A stretch of DNA of 64,000 nt from Luteimonas gilva (GTDB taxonomy: Bacteria; Pseudomonadota; Gammaproteobacteria; Xanthomonadales; Xanthomonadaceae). The translations under genes were made by a program, and so were the position numbers. Positions 59,218 to 64,000 of the stretch are shown one piece after another. The stretch covers positions 909,049 through 973,048 of the forward strand of contig NZ_SZUA01000001.1 in the NCBI RefSeq assembly GCF_005239095.1. Direction: 5' to 3'. The notes under the pieces are model-generated. The model did no database searches. It saw only the letters and a list, made by a program, of their open reading frames with translations, and was not told where the DNA came from. Position 1 is the first letter of the stretch, and every line of letters begins with the position of its first letter.

Positions 59218-60201
59218 TTACTGCGGCGGATCCGGTTGCGGGCCGGATTGCGCGGCCCAGGCGAAAAGGCGCTGCGGGCGCAGCCTGCCCTCCGGATCGA
59301 CGTGGCCCAGGCCCAGGACCCGGCCTTGCTCGCCGTAAACGGCCACCTCGCCGGCCGGACGGAAGTCGCCGGACAAACTTTGCCCCTGGGCCAAGCGGCG
59401 CGCCTGGGCGGCATCGACCCGGATTTCGGGCCAAGCCGTCATCCCGGCCTCGATCGGCAGTAGGCAGGCTTCCAGGCTGCTTTCGCCGCGCGCAGCCAAG
59501 GCCTGCAAGGCTTCCAGGGTCCACATCCGCGGCTCGCGGAACGGGTCCACCCATAGACGCCGCAATTCGGCCACGTGCGCGCCGCAACCCAAGGCTTCGC
59601 CCAAGTCGCGCACCAGACTGCGCACGTAGGTGCCCGATCCGCATTCCACGTGCAGGCGCAGCAGCGGCGCGCCGGCGTCGAGCAGATCGGCGGCGGACTG
59701 CAGTTCGAAGGCGTGGACGTCGACTTCGCGCTCCTCGACCTCCACGTCCTCGCCGCGGCGCGCCTTGGCGTACAGCGGCTCGCCGCCGCGCTTGAGCGCG
59801 GAGTAGATCGGCGGCCGCTGGCGGATGCGGCCGGTGAGCGAGCGCAGCGCGGCGTCGATGGTGGCGATGTCCAGCGCGGGCACCGGCCGCTCGCGCAACG
59901 GCTGGCCTTCGGCGTCGTCGGTATCGGTGGTCGTGCCCAATCGCGCGACCGTGTCGTAGGCCTTGCGCGAACCGAGCAGGCCGCCGGCGATCTTGGTCGC
60001 TTCGCCGAAGCAAACCGGCAGCAGCCCGGTGGCCAGCGGGTCGAGGCTGCCGGTGTGGCCGCCCTTCTCGGCCCGGAACAGATGCCGCACGCGTTGCAGC
60101 GCCTGGTTGGAGCTGAGGCCGCTCGGCTTGTCGAGCAGCAGGATGCCGTCGAGCTTGCGGAACTTGACCTTCACGGCAGGCGTGCGCGGCTTGTGGGTCA
60201 T
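59218..60201 (-). CDS. truB: tRNA pseudouridine(55) synthase
   Basis: [17 protein letters not shown]...[23 protein letters not shown] catalytic Asp motif. Confidence 0.85.
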   Translation of the reverse strand: MTHKPRTPAVKVKFRKLDGILLLDKPSGLSSNQALQRVRHLFRAEKGGHTGSLDPLATGLLPVCFGEATKIAGGLLGSRKAYDTVARLGTTTDTDDAEGQPLRERPVPALDIATIDAALRSLTGRIRQRPPIYSALKRGGEPLYAKARRGEDVEVEEREVDVHAFELQSAADLLDAGAPLLRLHVECGSGTYVRSLVRDLGEALGCGAHVAELRRLWVDPFREPRMWTLEALQALAARGESSLEACLLPIEAGMTAWPEIRVDAAQARRLAQGQSLSGDFRPAGEVAVYGEQGRVLGLGHVDPEGRLRPQRLFAWAAQSGPQPDPPQ

Positions 60202-60361
60202 TGGGCGGGATTGTAGGGCGGGTTTCAACCCGCCGTCATGGGCGATGGGAAGATTTACCTGTCGACCGGAAGGCGGGTTGAAGCCCACCCTACGCATCGC
60301 TGCAAAAGCAAATCCCCTCGATCCCTCTTTTCAAAGGGGGAGGAACAGCAGGAGTGCGGAT

Positions 60362-60727
60362 TTATTCCGATTCGGAAGGCGGCGGCAGATCGCGCAGCAG
60401 GTTGTCGATCCGCTCGCCGCGGTCCACCGAATCGTCGTAGTGGAAATGCAGTTCCGGCACGTGGCGCAGCTTCATGATGTGGGCCAGCTCGTAACGCAAT
60501 TCCTTCGCGTGTTCCTTCAGCCCCTTCACCGCCTCCATCGCGCGGTCGGCCTGGAGCGCGACCACGAACACCTTGGCATGGGCCATGTCGCGGGTCACTT
60601 CCACGTCCGACACGCTGACCGACGGCAGGCCGTACTCGTCCACGGCCGTGCGCACCAGCGTGCCCAACTCGCGGCGGAGCTGGGCGGAGACGCGGTCGGT
60701 GCGGTGGAAGGACTTCTTCTGGGGCAT
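60362..60727 (-). CDS. rbfA: Ribosome-binding factor A
   Basis: RTDRVSAQLRRELGTLVR...KH-like RbfA signature. Confidence 0.85.
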   Translation of the reverse strand: MPQKKSFHRTDRVSAQLRRELGTLVRTAVDEYGLPSVSVSDVEVTRDMAHAKVFVVALQADRAMEAVKGLKEHAKELRYELAHIMKLRHVPELHFHYDDSVDRGERIDNLLRDLPPPSESE

Positions 60728-60816
60728 GGCGCCTTAGAAACTAGTGAATAGGAATCAGAAACTAGAGATGACGACTCGAGAGAACACTAGTTCCTAGCTC
60801 CACCCTCGTTCCCGCC

Positions 60817-63423
60817 TCACAGCGTACGCTGCACTTCGATGCGCTCGAAGCATTCGATCTGGTCGCCCGGCTGCACGTCGTTGTACTGCTTCACGCCGAT
60901 GCCGCACTCGGTGCCGTTGCGCACTTCGTCGACGTTCTCCTTGAAGCGGCGCAGCGATTCCAGCTCGCCCTCGAAGATCACGGTGTTGTCGCGCAGCACG
61001 CGGATCGGCTTGTGGCGCTTGACCACGCCTTCGATGACCATGCAGCCGGCCACCGCGCCGAACTTCGAACTGCGGAACACGTCGCGGACCTCGGCGGTGC
61101 CGATGATCTCTTCGCGGATCTCCACGCCCAAAATGCCGGACGCGACCTGCTTCACCTGGTCGATCACGTCGTAAATGATCGAGAAGTAGCGCAGATCCAC
61201 GCCGTTGGCTTCGATCACCTTGCGCGCCGAGGCGTCGGCGCGGACGTTGAAGCCGATGATGGTGGCTTTCGACGTGACCGCCGAATTCGCATCGGACTCG
61301 GTGATGCCGCCCACGCCCGCATTGATCACGTTGATCCGGATCGCCGGCGTCGACAACGCCGTCAGCGCCTCGCGCAAGGCCTGCACCGAACCCTGCACGT
61401 CGGCCTTGACGATCAGCGGCAGGCTGAGCTGGCCTTCGGCCTGGCCCATCTGCGCCATGATGTCTTCCATGCGGTTGCCCGGAGCGGCGACCAGGCGCGA
61501 TTCGCGGCGCTTGGTGTCGCGCTGCTGGGCCACGTCCTTGGCCAGGCGCTCGTCGGCCACGACCACGAAGTCGTCGCCCGCGTCGGGCACGCCCGACAAG
61601 CCCAGCACCTGCACCGGAATCGACGGGCCCGCGCTCTGCACCTGCTTGCCGTTCTCGTCGAACAGCGCGCGGACGCGGCCGTACTGCACGCCGCAGACCA
61701 GGTAGTCGCCCTTTTCGAGCTTGCCCTGCTGGACCAGCACCGTGGCGACCGGGCCGCGGCCCTTGTCGAGCGCGGATTCGATCACCACGCCGGAGGCTCG
61801 GCCGTCCGGCGCGGCGCTCAGTTCCAGCACTTCGGCCTGCAGCGTGATCGCATCGAGCAGCGTATCCACGCCCTGCCCGGTCTTGGCCGACAGCTCCACC
61901 ATCTGCGTGTCGCCGCCGAAATCTTCGGCGACCACTTGCTCGGCCAGCAGTTCGTTCTTGACCCGCAGCGGATCGGCGTCGGATTTGTCGATCTTGTTGA
62001 TCGCCACGATCAAAGGAACGCCGGCGGCCTTCGCGTGCTGCACGGCTTCCTTGGTTTGCGGCATCACGCCGTCGTCCGCGGCCACCACCAGCACCACGAT
62101 GTCGGTGAGCTTGGCGCCGCGCGCGCGCATCGAAGTGAACGCGGCGTGGCCGGGCGTGTCGAGGAAGCTGATCACGCCCTTCGGCGTTTCGACGTGGTAA
62201 GCGCCGATGTGCTGGGTGATGCCGCCCGCTTCGCCCGAGGCGACCTTGGTGCGGCGGATGTAGTCCAGCAGCGAAGTCTTGCCGTGGTCGACGTGGCCCA
62301 TGATGGTGACCACCGGCGGACGCGGCGCCTTGTCGCCCTGCGCTTCTTCGGTGTGAGCCAGCAGCGCCTCTTCGGCGGTGTCGTCGCTGACGCGCACGGC
62401 CTTGTGGCCGAGCTCTTCGGTGACCAGCACTGCGGTATCGTGATCGATCGACTGGGTGATGGTGGCCATCACGCCCATCTTGAACAGCGCCTTGACCACG
62501 TCGCCGCCCTTCAGCGCCAGCTTCTGCGCCAGATCGGCCACGGTGATCGCTTCGCCGATGGCGACTTCGCGCACGATCGGCGCGGTCGGCCGCGAGAAGC
62601 CGTGCGCGGAGCTGCCGCTGCGGGCCTGTTCGACCTGGCGCTTGGCCTTGGGCTTGCCGCGCGCGGTGGTGCGGCGCGCGCGCTCGCTGGCGCTCAAGTG
62701 CAGCTGGCCGGCGAAACGGGCCGCATTGTCGTCGTCCTCGACGCCGGCGACCATGACGTGCGAGCCGCGCGTCTTGTGCTTGTGCGCGTTGCGGTCGTCG
62801 TTGCGCGGCGCCACGTCGTTGCGCGACGCGGACTTGCCGTGGTGGCTGGAGGGCTTGGCGGCGCGGCCGACTTCTTCTTCGGTGGCGCCTTCGGCGACGG
62901 CAGCGGCGGCGGCCGCTGCGGCCGCGGCTTCGGCGGCGGCGAGCTTGGCGGCCTCTTCTTCCTGCTGCTTCTTCGCGGCGATCTCTTCGGCGCGGCGCTT
63001 GTCGTCCTCGGCCAGGCGCTGCTGTTCGCTGAGGTTGCGGCGGCGCGACTCCTCGAGCTTGCGCAAGGCCTCGTCGCGCTCGTCGTTCTGCGGCACTTCG
63101 ACTTCGCCGGCCTTCACGTAGGTGCGCTTCTGCCGCACTTCGACGTTGACCGTGGTCTTGCTGCGGCCCGCGGCGACGGTGATTTCCTGCACCTTGCGCC
63201 GGTTCAGGGTGATCTTCTTCGGCGCGGCCGTCGTTTCGGCGGGCTTTTCGGCCTTGCCGTGGGCGCGCTTGAGGAAGCCGAGCAGCTTGACTTTCTCGAT
63301 GCTGGTCACGACCTGGTCGGGACCGCTGAAGCTCATGCCGGCCTCGGCCAGCTGCTCCAGCAGTTTCTCGACCGGCGTGTTCACCAGTTCGGCCAGCTTG
63401 CGGATGGTGGTTTGCTGCGACAT
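60817..63423 (-). CDS. infB: Translation initiation factor IF-2
   Basis: G-domain [25 protein letters not shown]; 868 aa with Ala/Glu-rich N-terminal region. Confidence 0.9.
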   Translation of the reverse strand: MSQQTTIRKLAELVNTPVEKLLEQLAEAGMSFSGPDQVVTSIEKVKLLGFLKRAHGKAEKPAETTAAPKKITLNRRKVQEITVAAGRSKTTVNVEVRQKRTYVKAGEVEVPQNDERDEALRKLEESRRRNLSEQQRLAEDDKRRAEEIAAKKQQEEEAAKLAAAEAAAAAAAAAAVAEGATEEEVGRAAKPSSHHGKSASRNDVAPRNDDRNAHKHKTRGSHVMVAGVEDDDNAARFAGQLHLSASERARRTTARGKPKAKRQVEQARSGSSAHGFSRPTAPIVREVAIGEAITVADLAQKLALKGGDVVKALFKMGVMATITQSIDHDTAVLVTEELGHKAVRVSDDTAEEALLAHTEEAQGDKAPRPPVVTIMGHVDHGKTSLLDYIRRTKVASGEAGGITQHIGAYHVETPKGVISFLDTPGHAAFTSMRARGAKLTDIVVLVVAADDGVMPQTKEAVQHAKAAGVPLIVAINKIDKSDADPLRVKNELLAEQVVAEDFGGDTQMVELSAKTGQGVDTLLDAITLQAEVLELSAAPDGRASGVVIESALDKGRGPVATVLVQQGKLEKGDYLVCGVQYGRVRALFDENGKQVQSAGPSIPVQVLGLSGVPDAGDDFVVVADERLAKDVAQQRDTKRRESRLVAAPGNRMEDIMAQMGQAEGQLSLPLIVKADVQGSVQALREALTALSTPAIRINVINAGVGGITESDANSAVTSKATIIGFNVRADASARKVIEANGVDLRYFSIIYDVIDQVKQVASGILGVEIREEIIGTAEVRDVFRSSKFGAVAGCMVIEGVVKRHKPIRVLRDNTVIFEGELESLRRFKENVDEVRNGTECGIGVKQYNDVQPGDQIECFERIEVQRTL

Positions 63424-63597
63424 TCGGTTTCCGTGTCCTTGGCGCCGACCCTAGGCCGGCGCGTGATGGAACGATTGTAAATCTTTAAATCAAAAGCTTC
63501 TTTCGACGCGGATAAAGTCCGGAAAACGCGGATTTAAAACTGTTTTTTGCTTTTATCCGTATTGATCCGATCTGATCCGTGCCCAAACGCTCCGCTC

Positions 63598-64000
63598 TTA
63601 GCCTTCCTTCTCCAGCCGGGCGATCATGTCCGCACGGGCGGCCATGATCAGGGCGGCGGCGCGCTCGGCGTCCATGTCCTCGATGTCGGTGATCTCGTCC
63701 ACCGCCAAATCGGCCAGGTCGTCGCGGGTGCGCACGCCGCGCGAAGCCAGGACGTAGGCGGTCGCCTCGTCCATGCCTTCCAGCGTCAACAGGTCTTCGG
63801 AAGGCTGCTGTTCGTCGAGTTGTTCTTCGACGGCCAGCGCTTCGTTGAGCAGCGCGTCGCGGGCACGGGCGCGGAGCTCTTCGACGATGTCCTCGTCGAA
63901 GCCTTCCACCGCCAGCAATTCGCCGACCGGCACGTAGGCGATTTCCTCCACCGTGCTGAAGCCTTCGGCGACCAGGATGCCGGCGATCTCGTCGTCCACT
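63598..64000 (-). CDS. nusA: Transcription termination/antitermination protein NusA, C-terminal acidic repeat region (gene continues beyond window)
   Basis: Acidic AR1/AR2-like repeats (...[20 protein letters not shown]...). Confidence 0.8.
   Translation of the reverse strand, partial: VDDEIAGILVAEGFSTVEEIAYVPVGELLAVEGFDEDIVEELRARARDALLNEALAVEEQLDEQQPSEDLLTLEGMDEATAYVLASRGVRTRDDLADLAVDEITDIEDMDAERAAALIMAARADMIARLEKEG

Noticed and set aside
1-64000. CRISPR arrays, tRNA/rRNA genes, transposases/integrases
   Set aside because: No regularly spaced direct repeats with unique spacers. No cloverleaf-like conserved tRNA ends found in intergenic regions scanned by eye. No transposase or integrase-like ORFs. 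A computational tRNAscan/CRISPR search would be needed to be certain.

Overview
This 64 kb window is high-GC (about 68%) chromosomal DNA of Xanthomonadaceae / Lysobacter type. Placement rests on gene content and the abundant 'TGTAGGAGCGGCTTCAGCCGC...' and 'TGTAGAGTCGAGC...' inverted-repeat elements. Most of it is ordinary accessory and housekeeping sequence. The left two-thirds carries regulators, secreted hypothetical proteins and detox-type enzymes. The 3' end carries the conserved nusA(partial)-infB-rbfA-truB-rpsO-pnp cluster. A leucine/branched-chain catabolic group (leucine dehydrogenase, isovaleryl-CoA dehydrogenase, fused isobutyryl-CoA mutase IcmF) lies in the middle. The clear anomaly is a sharply low-GC (about 45%) island of about 5.3 kb at about 32.9-38.2 kb, wedged between a flotillin gene and icmF. 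It encodes an SF2 DExx helicase preceded by a small PD-(D/E)xK-like protein, which is a Hachiman HamA/HamB-like arrangement. It also encodes two further genes: a 283-aa protein with a C-terminal HEPN (Ymh/TIGR02391-like Rx4H) domain and a 323-aa protein I cannot place. This is the best candidate in the window for a horizontally acquired, partly undescribed defence module. Other notable points are in-frame REP/MITE insertions inside icmF linker regions, a cytoplasmic papain-like peptidase fused to an alpha/beta-hydrolase-like domain, a metzincin-like protein paired with a HEAT-repeat protein, a BlaI/BlaR1-like pair whose sensor carries 11-residue 'MEALS' repeats, and a frameshifted beta-helix gene. 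Coordinates of starts were derived from the ORF track by codon arithmetic; ORF-track first codons are sometimes GTG/TTG.
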